Below are positions 13,907 through 29,112 of a stretch of DNA of 64,000 nt, piece after piece; the first letter of the stretch is position 1, and every line of letters begins with the position of its first letter. The DNA comes from Mytilus trossulus (taxonomy: Eukaryota), in assembly GCF_036588685.1 (NCBI RefSeq), contig NC_086376.1, forward strand, positions 94,715,630-94,779,629, in the 5' to 3' direction. The translations under genes and the position numbers were made by a program. Below the pieces are notes generated by a model. It was not told the DNA's origin, made no database searches, and saw only the letters and a program-made list of their open reading frames with translations.

Positions 13907-15227
13907 TTGTCCGTTCGTTTGATGTGTTTTATCATTTGATTATGGACTTTCCGTTTTGTGATTTTATTTTTTAATAAATAGTTCATCACAAATGTAAGAT
14001 AAAAGATTTGCGAGAAAGTTTTGAAGACAAGCCATGCCATTTATTTTACATAAAAAAAATTTTTTTATATTTATATGATGCAAATCATCTCGTTATCATA
14101 TGCAAAACTATAGAAAACTGCAAATCATTTGTAATGACTTATTACATGTAAATTCATTTTAAAAATAACTCAAAGGAAAATTCAAAAACGAAAATTCATA
14201 TATCAAAAGGAAAAATCAATAGCTCAAACACATCAAACGAATGGTAAATATTGTCGTATTCTAGACTAGGCCAATGCATTTCATTTTGTAGAAATGAAAA
14301 GGTTGGTCTGTAGAAATTAGAATGTTGTGGCGTTTGTGTTTGTTAAAAGTTTCAAATCCTGTTCTGCAAAAAATCTTAAAATATGATGAGTCTTTTGCAT
14401 GCGTAACCCGAGTCCGGCTTATACAATTTGGATCATGGTACCTATGATGAGTTCATTCAAAATACGTTGCAGGAAAATGATTTCCATAGGGGCTTTTTAA
14501 ACATTCTAGTACCGTCTGTTCGTGTTTGAGGTTTTTTTCAACAACCGTGATAAAATGTGGCTTTCATTCTTAAGCCTTGCAATGAATATCTTGCTGACAA
14601 CGTCGTTTTCTTAAATATTATCAATCAAACGACGATCAAAATTACTCTGCAGCAAGGATGATTGTTATTCTTTTCAATTATTGACGGTGTGGTGTCACAA
14701 CTTGTAAATGCATAAACTGATGGCAAAACTGTACACAAGAAGGGTGTATTGCTGGTTATTGTCCAGGAACCGCAGTTTTTGTGTGTGTTTTATTATTAGG
14801 GAAAATGCACACATGAAATATGTTTGTGGAGACTATCACAAAACGACCCATTTTTTGTTTTTACTTTTAAAGGCGTTACAGCTATCATTGTAGTTAGAAT
14901 CATTCGCCATCACGCCTCTTCGTTTGTGCTGGGGAAATCATGCAACCCCTTCAGAGAATTTATTTTTGAAACAGTTGAGTGGAAAAACATGTATGTTAGA
15001 CTGTTTTTACTCAGCTGCGTATATGCAGCATCGAAACGGGATTAATCAATGAATTATAGACGGTTTTTTCTCGCTTTGACGTTTGTTCTATATTGTAAGG
15101 ATTTACCTTCTGATAGCAAAGTACAATTTGACAAAAATTTACATCGATATTTGAGCATATTATAAAAATATTTTCGTGTCGATTCTGTCAAAGATTTCAA
15201 CATTTTAACAAGCATTAGCAAAATCTG

Positions 15228-15260
15228 TGTTTGTTTGTTTGTTTGTTTGTTTGTTTGTTT
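15228..15260. repeat. (GTTT)n microsatellite
   Basis: About 8 consecutive gttt units. Confidence 0.95.
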
Positions 15261-17639
15261 CTGTATGGGGTCTATATTATTGTTACCGGAGAAGTTTCAT
15301 GTTTAGTTTGGAAAGTTTTTCTTTTATTTTAGGTACAGCGCGCGCCACATCACGTGACACGGGTTTATAATAACGAAAAGATAGTCTTTTTATTTTATTT
15401 TAGGTGGGGACGTTAAACAGACAACATCTATAGAGATGGAATGTACACAATGTAATTTCTTTTGTCATTGTAGGAAATTGACATTTAAATGACAGTTCAC
15501 AAGCAGTGCATGTTTTGGATTTAATTGATCCGGTGTAACTTTAAAACACATTTATTGATTATTTTCTGATAATGTACATTTTTGAATAAAATGTAGAGCA
15601 CAGTCTCGTAAGATTGTACTGATAGGTACTCCGAAGTGCGACAGACGGATACGTAGCGGAGGCGTTTTTGTGTAAAAATAACCGATACATAATGTTTGAT
15701 AGACTAACAAGCAATATCATGTTCAGTTTAAAGTGTTGATTTTTGTATATATGCTTCTAAATGCATGCAGGTTAGTACACCACTGTTAACAAAAGTATAT
15801 ACAATCGGAATTATATTTAAAATGGATAAATCATTTCGTTCATGTACGCATCATTATAATATTTGTGTAGTTAGATCTCTTTTTTTAAAGCTTTGTTTTA
15901 CACAAAAAATTGAGTTATTGTCAAAATACCACATATTGTGGGTACACGTGTGTTTTAAGTTTTTCGCACACTTCACAACAAAGAAACATATGATCAAAAA
16001 CACAAGAAACTATTCAATAAATCAAAAATAGTGTACACAATCAACTCGAAACTACCAAAATAGTTTTTTTTAGAAAATACAAATGCGCTGAATTTCACAC
16101 TTAAAGACACGCAAAGTGTTTTAATTGATTACGAATAGTTTATCTATTTATCTAAGCATTACGATGACCCTTAATGGTATGTTCACTCAAACGATTAAAG
16201 CCTGTAATTAAATACATTTACTTTTTGTAAAGTGGCTTCCTAAACCATAAATCGAGGGATACCCATTAAACCGTCAGAATAGTTTAAATTTTTTATGACC
16301 TGAAAAAATTGAAATATAGAAATCATCAACATACTACAACTTTTATCAATTTCTAGTCGTCTGTTATTCTGGTATCTAAAACTCGTTTATTATGCGCCTA
16401 TTTCGAGGTCAGTGAAAACCGATTTCTTAAGAAATCATTCGTAGAACTATTTGCGCAACTAGTTTTTAAAGATGGCATTTGTAGAAATATAAAGACGACC
16501 AGTTTCTAAAAGTGGCAGTTGTAGAAATATAGAGACAACCACTTTCTGAAGTGGTTCTTTAATTTCCGTTGACAACAATGAATACATTCACCTATTTCAG
16601 TACATTTCTTTGCAGTTCAAGTATGATATCTTTGGTTTTGTTGACACTATTACCCTTTTACAAATCAATCGTTTTGGAATATATATGATAAATATATATA
16701 TAATAAATTATTTAATAAGGCTATTAAGATTTTCGTACTTTATTGTCCTTGACATACGAGAAATTATCATTCCACCTATCTAAACTTTGGTTGATATATG
16801 ACTTATAGGCAATCTTACTCTTGTCTTATCAATAAAGAGATAGAAATTTTAAAGACGAAATGTTACGCTTAGTATCAGTAATCGAAAAGACAATCTGTAA
16901 TCCAGTTAAAGTTAAAAAGAACACATAATTCTTACATCACGATAAGTATTAGGTTTTATCATATCGAATTTTCATTCAATTTCTTTCATTTCGGATTGAA
17001 AAAAAAAGTTTGGAACAGATTAACTAGATATATATAGAAAAAAAAGCGAGACCATAAAACGATCTATTATGCGTAATGCCCAGTCGAACCAATTAAAACT
17101 AGAAACAAACGATCAATGCAATTATATTGTTAGTGTCGTTAACCTTCCATGGTAGGATGTAAATAGTAGAATCTAAAACAAGATGGCAGCATTATGATTA
17201 TACATGTAGCCCACTAACAACTTTGTTATGTGAAAAGTATAAATATGTATACAAGGCTAATACATAATTTGTAATACAAATTTGAAAGATTTCTGATGTC
17301 ATATTTCATGACATTATACCAATTAAACATCCTATTTTACCATTAACTAAGACAAACAACTATTCACAATTCAATCAACTGGTGGAATAATCATTCAAGT
17401 ATACTAACTTATTATGTACGTTGCAGTAAATACTGTATGATTCTAATCGATCGGAAAGGACAGTTTTAATGACCAGACAAAAATTAAAATAGATATAATA
17501 CTATAATTTTAAACAATGTCTAGTCTTGTGTTATTCCGGTACATTAAACTCTTTGAGTTAGCGTCTTTCTTTTTTTGGTCAATAGCAGTATTATATAGAC
17601 AACCAGTTTCTAAAGAGGTCATTATTGCGATAAACTTTA

Positions 17640-18510
17640 ATAGTTATCCCACAAGGACGCGGTGTGTCAGTGATAGATCACCCCGATGGCCGGAGGCCAG
17701 AGGGTGATCTAATACTGACACACCAAGTCCGAGGTGGATTGTTATTTTACATCCCGGCTGTTTTGTATTAGACGAACAACCATTTACAATTCATAAAATC
17801 CGGTAGAACGCCACACAACCATTACATAAGATGTAAGATTTGAGGGCCTCAGGGAAGATTAGTTTATTGTAACTAACTGAGTTTACCCTCTTTAAATAAA
17901 GAATTTATTATTATTATTATTACATATTACTTTATGATGTATACCCTTTTTGACCCCCAAACACGATGAGTAGATATCAAACAATGTCAACTCGCCACAC
18001 TTGTCAATCGACCCACACTTTATCGCCAATTTATAAAACGAATCGCCCCACTCTTGTTTACCGACTTGCCCCGCTTTTGAAAAAAGTGTAAAATCAAATT
18101 GGAAAATCAGTCTCAAAACTGACTTATTAACAAAAAAGGTTTAACCCCCACTGAATAAAGGTCTGACAATTGCCCCACTTATAAAAATATGTGGCTTCCT
18201 TTAAGTCTGTCAAATTACTATTAGTTCGTATCCAGTCATCTGGTGTAGTGGTATGTGTCGTGGCTTGAATTGCTAAATGTCTTGAGTTCGAATCCCAGCA
18301 TATACACTGGATTTTTTCTACGTGAATTTTGATGGATAGTCTTTACCGTATAATTAATTAAAAGTGTTATAGTGGAGTTGACATTCCCGCCAAAATGTTA
18401 CAGAACAAAGGAAATCATGCATAACAAAGAATCTAAACCTGGGGTGATCTGGTAGGGGTAATCTGGCTAAGATCATCCCTGTTAGAACAAAGGAGCTGGG
18501 ATGTAATTTT
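17640..18510. mobile_element. Palindromic non-autonomous element (Crypton-like, inferred)
   Basis: ~90-nt hairpin at 17647-17738 (tggcc-gga-ggcca apex). ttacatcccggct (~17747) is inverted with agctgggatgtaa (~18494). Absent from the duplicated copy. Family assignment is a guess. Confidence 0.5.
18231..18311 (+). pseudogene. tRNA-derived / Pol III promoter-like segment
   Basis: A box TGGTGTAGTGG (18241-51), B box GAGTTCGAATCC (18284-95), closed by tccagt/actgga. No clean cloverleaf. Confidence 0.6.
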
Positions 18511-21500
18511 AAATAACAGTATTTACTAAGTTAAGTTAGATTTTATAGTTATTATTGTGAATTCTTCAAATACATTATTTACTAGGTTAGACTTGTGGTC
18601 ATTATTGAAATATATTTACAAAATACAATATTCGCTGTGTCAGACTTTAGGATTAATGAATTCAAATATGTCTGTTCTTTAGTTCCATTTACGTTACAGT
18701 GTCTAACAGTTCATGTATTGTATCATTGGTTCAGTTGACACTAGAGTTTTAAAAATTGCAATAGTTTTGGAATATGATAAAACGTTATGTAATAAAGTAA
18801 TGCACATTTTCATTCATAATTGTCCTTTGTTAGTCTTGTATATTCTTTTTTAATTGATTAAATTTATACGTTTAGTATGACACCCATTACACTAAACTGG
18901 TACACATTTTTGTTCAGGGGCCAGCTGATTGTTTTGCTGTGATGAAGACCAATTGGTGACCTTTGGCTTTTTTAAAACTCTATGGTCGGGTTGATGTCTC
19001 TTTGACACATTCCCCATTTCCATTCTCTATTTTATTGTTGGATGAAATGAGTGGAATATCAAATATACAAGCAAGCAAAATTTAAACTTTATTGTGTGAA
19101 AAGTATTCAAATATTTGTATTGTGTTCATAAATAAACTCATCAGAGATACCAGGACTAAATTTTGCATATACGCCAGACGCGCGTTTCGTCTACATCAGT
19201 GACGCTCGAATCCGAAAAAGTTAAAAAGGCCAAATAAAGTACGAAGTTGAAGAGCATTGAGGACAAGATTCCTAAAAGATTTGCCAAATACAGCTAAGGT
19301 AATATATGCCTGATGTAGAAAAGCCTTAGTATATAAAAAATATCAAAATGCCATTACACCACATGGCGATATTTGAAGTCAAGTTTTACGAAATTATACC
19401 AATGTGACATTTTAAATCTTGTTTTATCAATTACTAAGACAGTTAAACCAAAGTATAACGCAAACAATTCACCACACAATTTATTGTTTGAGTATTTATT
19501 ACATATTTTCTAACCGATGATGTCCGTTTGAGTACTAGTAAATGAAGAAACATCGAGTGTCCAAATAGCTTATAAAAAATGCATGACAGTAGTATACCGT
19601 TGCTTAATAGTCATAAATCAATTAACAAAAAACAAATCCGGCTTACAAATTAAACCCACTTATAAGAGGAAGCCACACAACAACAAAAACGTTGAACTGA
19701 TCACAAAAAAACAAGGACCAATATCCATAGACACCACAAAAGCGTGGTCCAATATTTTATTCTAAGTAATTTGGGCAGATTTTTAGTGGACCTATTGGCA
19801 GACTCATTACAAATGCGTTTTGACAATCATCCCGAATTAATTAAACTACTAGAAGTTACTGAAGAAAACGAAATACAAATTTGAAAAAAAGCCATATAAA
19901 AGTGATTGAAAGAAAACAATAAAGTTTTTAAAAGAATCAGTAGAGAAGTTTCAACTATTCGGAGTTAATTCATTGTAATATGCATGCAGTATCTCAATAC
20001 TTATTTTAGTCATTAAAAATAAGAAAACATATATATTTTCCTGTTATAAAAAAAAAGCACTAAATTTTCTATTTTAGCATTCCTATGACCAGTACCCTTA
20101 GTGGTATGTGCATCCAGCATCGAAAGTCTGTACTTATATAAAACATTTATTTTTTATTTATTTTAAAGTGAATACTCAAACCAGAAATCGACGGTACTAA
20201 ATAGTTTCAACTTTTAACGACCAGAAAAAATTGAAATATAGATATTATACTATAATTAAAATAAAACATTCTAGTCGTTTGTTGACTGTCCCTTTGATAT
20301 TTTTCGTCTCTCTTTTATCATGGTACCTGAAACTAGTTCAAAAGAGCCTTTTTTAAAGTCAGTTGCAGTATTATAGAGAACCAGTTCCAAAGAGGTCATT
20401 AATAGAATTAAACAAACAACCAATTTCCAAAGTGGTCATCTGTTGAACTGTAAAGACAACCAGTTTCTAAAAATGTCATTTCCGAGGATAATTCAATCGG
20501 AAAGTCCCTAATCACATGGCAAAATCAAATGACAAAACACATCAAACGAATGGACATCAACTGTCATATTTCTGACTTGGTACTGGCATTTTCAAATGTA
20601 GAAAATGGTGGATTGAACCTGGAGTTTAGAAACAACCAGTTTTTAAAGACGTCCTATGATTTCTTTTAACATCGATTAATACATTCACCTATTTCAGTAA
20701 AATTCATTACAGGTCAAGTACAATATCTTTTCTTTAGTTAACACTTATACCATGTTACCTATCAATCGTTTTGGAATACATATGATAAGGTATTTAATAA
20801 GGCTATTAAGATTTTCGTAACTTTATCATCTTTGATAGACGAGAAATTATAAAATCTTTTGTAGATATTACACAACCATACCATTTCTTATTATGTTCAT
20901 ATTCATAATGTAATAGGAATTTTAAAGACGAACTTTTACGGTTATTATAAGCAATCAGAGACACAATCTGCAATCAAGTAAAAGTAATGAAGTACACATA
21001 ATTCTAACATCACGTTTAAAGGTAACCTTCGGTTTGATCTGCTCATATTTCCATTCTATTTTTTTGATTCCGGATTGAAACAACAGTTTGGAACACGTTT
21101 AATAGATAAATCAAATAAAAAGAAATTAACAAAACAAGCATAAAACGATTCATAATTCGTTATAGTCTAGTAGTACAAATTAAAACTAGAACATAAGGTC
21201 AATTCAATAATGTTGTTGGTTCGTGTTGTTTAGTCTTTGGGTTTTCTATGTTGTATCTTCTGAACTATTTTTTGTCTGTTTGTTTTTTTATTTTAGCCAT
21301 GGCATTGTCAGTTAATTTTCGATCGATGAGATTGGCTGTCCCTCCTGTATCTTTCTTCCACATTTGGTGTATAAAGTAGGGTCGTTATGTGTTCAATAGT
21401 CGGATGTAAATAGTAGAATTTAAAATATTCAAGATGGCAGCATTGTTATCATACATGTAGCCAACTCACAACTTTGTTATGTGAAAAGTATGAAAACGTA

Positions 21501-21880
21501 ATGAAGGTCTTAAATACTCTAAATGAATCAATGTGACAGATTTCTGATGTCATATTTTATGAAATCAGACCAATGGGACTTCATTTCTATTTTACTATTC
21601 ATTAAGACAGACAACTATTCTCAATGCAATCAAAAAGTGTGTAATCATTCAAGTATTCCAACCGATGATGTACGTTGTAGTTAATATTTTATGGATCTAA
21701 TGTATCGGAAAAGACAGTTTTTACGACCAGACAAAAAATTAAAAATAGATAATATTATATCATTTTAAACAATTTCTAGTCGTGAGTTATTCCGGTACAC
21801 TAAATTTGTCGATTAAGAGTATTTTTCTCGGTCAATAGCAGAACTATATAGACAACCAGTTTCTAAAGAGGTCATTATTT

Positions 21881-22156
21881 ATAGAATAACTAATCGAAGA
21901 ATTCAAATAGAGAAAAATATTCAACGAGTGACCGAACAACACATTAATTCACGAATGCGCGAAGCGCATGAGTTAATTATCAGTGTTTTTCGGTTGTTTT
22001 TCATACGCATGTTTTGATCCGACGTTATCGACGTCTTGATAACGCTTATTGTTGTATGACGTCAGAGATTGAAATAACCACGTTTATTTCACATGTGAAA
22101 TTATCGGTTTTTATTTAACTGGGAAATCAGTTTTATTCATTTCAACCAATGCAATA
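21881..22156. mobile_element. Short element with an atgcgc-gaa-gcgcat hairpin; internally deleted relative at 4281-4405
   Basis: Both loci share aactaatcgaagaattcaa...gtgaccgaaca and caaccaatg-aataa ends. Confidence 0.65.
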
Positions 22157-25100
22157 ATTCAATACATTTTTTTAAAAACATTATTCACTGAGTTAGACAT
22201 ACTGGTAATTGCGATATTTTTAAAATACAGGTTTCATTAAGTTAGACTTTATAGTCATTATTGCGATTTATTTTCAAAATACATAATTCACTGTGTCAGA
22301 CCTTTTACACAGAATTTACATATGTCTGTTCTTTAATTCCATTTAAAATAAATGAATTCATTCGTCTATTTCAGAACAGTGTCAAACAATTCAAGTATGT
22401 TACCATTGGATTAGTTCACACTAGTACTTTAGATATAGCATGGTTTTTGAATATAATAAAAGTTATGCTATAAAGTAATACAGATTGTCATTCATTGATT
22501 GAAAAATAAAGAAATTATTATTTTTACTAAACTGAACTTTGTAGAAAATTGTGTCATTGACATTTATACCATATCGAATTATGCTAAAGAAAAGTGTATT
22601 ATAAATGACATATAGACGAAATTAAATGCTTGGAATCAGTTAAAAGAGAAACAATCTGCCATCAAGCAAAAAATGAGAAAGTACATATATGTTTTACAGC
22701 ACGATTAAGCTCAATCTTCGCTTTTATCTTATCGCTTTTCCATTTGATTTATTTTAATTTGGATTGAAACAAGAGGTTTGAACATATTTATTAAATAAAT
22801 CAAATTAAAAGAAAAGAAAACGAGACGATAAATCGATTCACAATTCGAAATAATCCAGTAGAACAAATAAAAACTAAAACATAAGGTCAATTCAACAATG
22901 TTGTTGTTTAGTAGGATCATTAAAGTGTCCATGGTAAAATGTAAATAGTAAAATATTCAAGCCGGTCGCAGATAACTATAGCCTAATTTAATCTTGAATG
23001 TGTGGAAAATAATCAATTGAGGGGACTACAGCTGGCCTCTTAAACAACAAGTGTATTAGTTCAATGAAAAGGGACGTCATTCTGAACTCAAAAACATATA
23101 AATGAACTAAAATTAAAACAACATATTAGACTGACATAGGCCAGGGTATCTTGATGTGGGACGGGCGCATGAATGCATCGAGGTTCAAAATGTTTTGTGC
23201 GATAGCAACCCCTATCTTAACATCAAGCCAATGTAGTTTAAACAAACACATAGCAATACACACAGTAAAACTCAGCTTAAGATGAGTCCGATTTGAGGTC
23301 AGAAAAGGTTACAAAAGAAATTAAGTAAAATGGCAATGAAACATAAATTAAAAAAGGACTACATGCAGTTACTGATATGCCAGGTCCAGACCATAATTAA
23401 ACTGATTGAAAGAATATGTCTAAAACTATCGAACAGATGACTTTAACATTATCATCGATGATCTTAGTGAAATAATGTCAGTAGTATTTGAAAAATAATG
23501 CCCAAGAATAGGATATCAATTCTGAGTTTTCTACCTAATATGCAAATGCTACTATTATGATGCAAAGTTGACTGTCCATCTGGTATCTTTCGCCCCTCTT
23601 TTAAGATTAAAAAATTCAGATTATCTTCATTGTCGTAAGCAATAATCTCTCTTCATCACAGCTGACAGTTTTTGAATGAATATCACAATTGATATAGGAC
23701 TCTTAACTGTATTTTTGTTCTTTTATATTTCAAATTGTATGTAATAATTGCGATCGAAATGTGAGGTATTGCCTTTAAACCGGTACATAAAATAAAAGGA
23801 ATATGAGTCTGACCTATACGGATTGTAAAAAAAGACTTGAGAAAATATTTGTTTGTCCATTCAAGATCCGTCCAACAAACCTTATAAATATTTCGTTCCT
23901 TATCAGATCAAGCTCAATGATTATGGCAATGTAAAGAAACCTTTTTCTGGAATTGATTTATTAAACATGGTAATCTTTTTCCTGTCCTTGTTGTGTATAT
24001 CTTTAGTCGTCCTTTTTGTGAAAAAAAACACGTTTTTCTTTCCAATTCTTGTTCAAATTGAAGTGAAAAATGGAAAGATATAAGCAATTAAAATTGTAGA
24101 AAAAAAGTGTTATCGACCTAGTGCTATCAAATGAAATAATTATATCGTGAGTGTATTAGTAATTATATATAAACAGCTGTGTAATAGTCGTAACTCGATT
24201 AACCGAAAATAAAATCAGGGTCTCAATTCAAAACCAAAGAAAACACATCAACTACAACAGAAGAATATGATCACCTAAAATGAACAAACTTAAAGGCAAC
24301 GAAAGTGTGGTCCAATATTCCATTTTAAGTAGATGCGTTCGATTAGGATCTTAGTTGAAAAGAATTTCAGTTTGCCTGCCTATTGTCAATTGTTTTCATT
24401 AGGCAATCCAACAATAAAACTTGCCAAAAACTATAACCAATAGTACTTAACATTTCGTTAAACAACATCAATAAACAAATTAAAATTCACACATTTTATA
24501 ATCAGGATATTGATATTCAAATCAATATTACCTGTTTGCTTTGTTTTTAATGTACATCAATTTACAGTTCAAATCTATTCTTGTCGAATGTCTGATGTGA
24601 TGAACTATATTTTTTCGAAATATATTTCAAATTTTAAACGATGTTTCTGTTATAATAAATACTGATAATCATAATTTTTAATTAAGAAGGTACTTCATTA
24701 AACACTTCATAAAAAATAAACCAATCAACTTATTCTAGGTCAAAGAAATAAAAATTCCCTCGAGTAATTTAAATACAGTTAAGAAAACTTTAATGGGATT
24801 GTAAATTCTAATAGAACCGACGGTTCAATCAGTTTTGACAAGAAAAAGCTATTTCTGCGTCAATTAAAAATCTGTTTTCTAGTAACATATCGGAGAACAT
24901 TTTGTATTTAATTATATCTGTTACAGATCTTTTATTTTCGAATACATCAGTTTTTATTAATGCAAACGTTTTCTTCGAGTTTTATAAGTCTTTAAATGTA
25001 TAAACTTTGTTTTAGAAAAATGTGCAATATTAACATTATTCTACGTATTTTGATTCTACATTTATTCGGTTGTTTCCCTTTTACACATCAATCTGATAGG

Positions 25101-25276
25101 ATATGATATGTGTAAGGCATAAGTGTTTTTCTTGTTTTTGTATGATTGTTTTTGTTTTCTGTTGCTCAGTCATTGGACTTAAGTGAGTTCCCAGTCAAAA
25201 AAAAATTATGTTTTTTTTATGGTCGGGTTGTTGTCTCTTTGACACATTCCCCATTTCCATTCTCAATTTTATGATA

Positions 25277-25556
25277 ATTTCAACTAAAATCGATATTTTT
25301 CAAAAAACATTATTACGAAGTAACTGTATGAGCGATTATATAGACACCAAAAGATGTAGAAATGTCTGAAGTTTTATTGTTTATTAGGTTATAGTAGTTT
25401 TCATGCTCATTTTCATTTTCTGACAAGATGAACATAAAGAAAAATATACAATAACACTTCAGACATTTTTACATCTTTTGGTATCTATTTTATAAAAATC
25501 GCTCATTCAGTTGCTTGGTAATATTGATTTGAAAAATATCGATTTTAGTTGAAATA
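25277..25556. mobile_element. Fold-back MITE-like long inverted repeat
   Basis: tttcaactaaaatcgatatttttcaaa...caccaaaagatgta-aaatgtctgaag is inverted with cttcagacattttt acatcttttggta...tttgaaaaatatcgattttagttgaaa. Confidence 0.75.
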
Positions 25557-28500
25557 ATAGAACATTTTTTAGTGAGAACTCACTTGTCCCATGGCTGTAT
25601 AGTGTTAAAAAGTAAGACAGACAGCGGTATAGGAAGGAGTTAACTTTATTATGGGAAAAAATTAACGTTGATTTGACTCATATTAGAACTGTTAAATGTC
25701 CCTATTCAATTCCACTTTCACCGATTTCTTACAATAGCTCGATTTGCACCTAAACGGATTAAAAACGAATGGAGCTGTTGCTTTAGCTGTAGTTTAGTTT
25801 GTATTTTTTAAAACATTTGTATGTGAATATTCTTTTGTTGTCAGTTGCAAAATTTTGTTAGCAAGTAAACTAAACCCCTCAGATAATTATTGATAATGAA
25901 TAAAGGCATTTTTTTTTAAATGCATGTGTGCACACCCACAAACGATATATTGTTAGATCTATTATTGCGTGTACAACAAGATATTATGGATATTTAAAAA
26001 ACCTGCATTTTGACGTCATAGACTTGACCGACATCTGTAATTAAATATCGACAAAGCGTGGTTGATATTACCACTTTCAATGTGATTTCCTCCTCTGCTT
26101 AGAAATCAAATGTGAGGAAGAACATCAGTGAAAAGCTTCATATAAATCAGAGAATTTAACACCATTCTTACTGAGTTTTTTTTAAATAATTTTCTGAAAA
26201 TAAGCTCAAACTTAAAACACAGAAACGATAATTACTCACTAAAACTAAATCTCTTTTTAGTGACAATATAATGATAATTGCATTTTTACAAAATGTTCAG
26301 ATTGAGACATACTTAAAACTTATACAATTAAGTATAATGTAAATCGTTATAAGATCGTAGTACTTTCTTAAATCACTATGACATCTTAACCAATAGTGTT
26401 TATGATCAATCATGTCAGGCAATGAATGGTCTTGAAAATGTCACTCAGACACAATGACCTTTAATTACAGTCAAGGAGATACGGAAGATACCAGAGGGAC
26501 AATCAAACTATAAGTCGAAAAAAAGTGACAACGACATGAATAAATCAATACATTAATGAGAAATATTGTCTACTTGTAGTCGCTTGAGACTTACTAAAGT
26601 TATTTTGCCCCCCCCCCTATCCCACCCCGGACAAAAGGATACACGTATAAATCTATTTTAAAGATAAGTGGCAAGATTCAAAATTACCTGTAATTCGCAT
26701 ACTCATCAATCAATTAGTTATATAGTGGGAAACATTATGTTCCATCAAAACCATTTTTTTCCAAATTGATACAATTATTTCTGAATATAAAGTTCGTATT
26801 ATTATATTACTAGCGTGGTGTCTGTCTTATCTAGAAAACGGCAGAAGAATGCTAATAAGGATAATCTTTAGAGCCGTTTTTGTATAAATATAATATCGTA
26901 TTGATGTAGCAAAATTACTTAGAAACTGTAAGTAAGAAACAAAATTACCGAATTCCTAGACAAGTTCACAAAGTGAAAAATTGTCTATAAATAAAAGCAA
27001 CAGTTGTATACCGCTGCTCCATAGTCATTTAACGAATCCGGGTCACAAACCAAAAACGATGGAAACACATAAAATTTAAAATCTGAACACATCAAACTTT
27101 AGACTTAATCATCCAATGGAACGAAGGGAAAATAATACTGTCATAACTCTGACTTTACACATGCATTTTCAAGAAAGAGGTGCAAAACAGGGACGAAAGA
27201 TACCAGAGGGACAGTCAAACTCATAAATCAAAAATAATCTAACAAAAACATGGCTTAAAATGAAAGAGACAAACTGACAAACAATAGTTCACATGACACA
27301 ACATAGAAAACTAAAGAATAAGCAACAGGAACCCCACCAAAAAACTAGGTGTAAATAATGGGTTTATAGAAATAAGAAGACGTGGTATGCTTGTCAAAGA
27401 GACAACTCAATAAAAGTTGACAAAAAATGCTCTCAATCAATGGAATAAGTGAAAGCCTACTGTCATATTCATGTCTTTCTACAGGCAATTTCCTAACAAC
27501 CTAGTATGACAGCTAGCTAAACCTTCTACCTGCATAATACTTTTACAGTTGGGATCGAGGTATTGTCAAGATAAATTGTATATGTGATCAAATGTCAACC
27601 TCAATGCTCTCATTCATGTTGATGGCCTTACTCTTGTTTGAAATGAAATGCAACAATGGCAGTTGGAAAGGAAAATGTTTGATAAAATCCTTTTTTGGAT
27701 TCAAAAATCTTTAACATAATCTACAAAATAAAATCCTTCAAAGGTTTGTAAGATATGTTGGACAACGATCAGTATTTATAGTATTGAAATTACTAAATAA
27801 GGAAGTTTGCTGCTCAGTTTCAAAATAAATAAATTTCCGTGACACCAGTTTATATTGATAAGGGACTAATTGAGGAGTCAAAAAAGCAACAAAAATATAT
27901 TGGGGTCAATGTGTTTGTTTCCGAGATATGAGCCATCAAAATAATCATCGGGATAATATTCTCTCTTGATTTGTCATAGCTTTACCAATGGCCATTTAAA
28001 GTTCCAAAAAACTAATAAAAAATAAATAAGGTTTCAAAAGACTTTTAAAAATGGCTTATAATTATACATGTAAAAGATTTATGAATAGAAAAATGGAGGT
28101 CCATTGGCAAAATTTGTTAAGTCATTCAAATGGATAAATCTAGAGGATTTCGAAAATCTGACAAAAATTTCAAAACCTGACAAGCAAACATCCTTAAACT
28201 TATGAAAACAACCTTTATTTAATGTTTTGTTTCATATATTTGGAAATGAGCAGCAGCTTTAAGCAAAACTATATATTGCAATATGTTTTTAACACAAATC
28301 ATAATGTGACTAAAATATGTTTTTTGTTTATCCATTCGGTCCAAAACATGTGCGAAAATAGACAATATACAGTAAAGTAAATTTCGACATGTTTACGACA
28401 CCATAGTGACTTCAAAATTGATTTTTTGCACTCACAGTTCTAGATTATGTTAGCATGTTAATTTATTGGTAAAATAAACATTTCTTTTGCAATTCTGGTA

Positions 28501-29112
28501 TAGTCTCACTATGTTTGGAAATTGAGCGGTCATTTATTGGCTCTTTTTATACTCTATTCTTTCTGTCATAAATGTCTGTACATTGCCCCTTCTTTTCGCT
28601 TGAGGATGAGTTACAATACGACAAGCTAAAAAATTGGGAATATTTCTTTACTGATTGTCACAGTTCATATATTTAGTTTTTAGTATATCTTATTCTCAAT
28701 TGTTTTTGAAAAAAGTCACTTAAAACATCAAGGGATACTCAAATTTAGTATTTTTGATTGGTTTTTATTTGTTCTTACGTAATTGTTAGTTTTGAAATGT
28801 TGTTCCAAATTATATGGTTTTATTCATTTTTTATTACTGAATTATTATCATTTTATTTACTTAAGTTTTAGATTCTATTTTTGAGTATTTGCGTATATGT
28901 AACGTTACCTCATATAAATTGTAATTATCCCCGTTTTTTAGTTTGATGACGTTAAGCCTTTGATGAACGGTATGTTGTCTTGAGCTTATATTCATCTATG
29001 ATTTTGAACATACTAACAACTAATGTAAGTTTTGAACATACTAACAACTAATGTAAGTTTTGAACATACTAACAACTAAGTTAAGATTTGAACATACTAA
29101 CAACTAATGTAA

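Larger units (their letters stand above)
16130..22960. repeat. Old local direct duplication: ~16130-18820 vs ~20080-22500, with a partial third copy at ~22610-22960
   Basis: Collinear shared blocks, e.g. atacattcacctatttcagt, aaggctattaagattttcgta, caagatggcagcatt, caactttgttatgtgaaaagtat, gacaaccagtttctaaagaggtcattatt. Confidence 0.85.

Noticed and set aside
18231-18311. Functional tRNA gene
   Set aside because: Acceptor and anticodon stems do not pair properly; only the A and B boxes remain.
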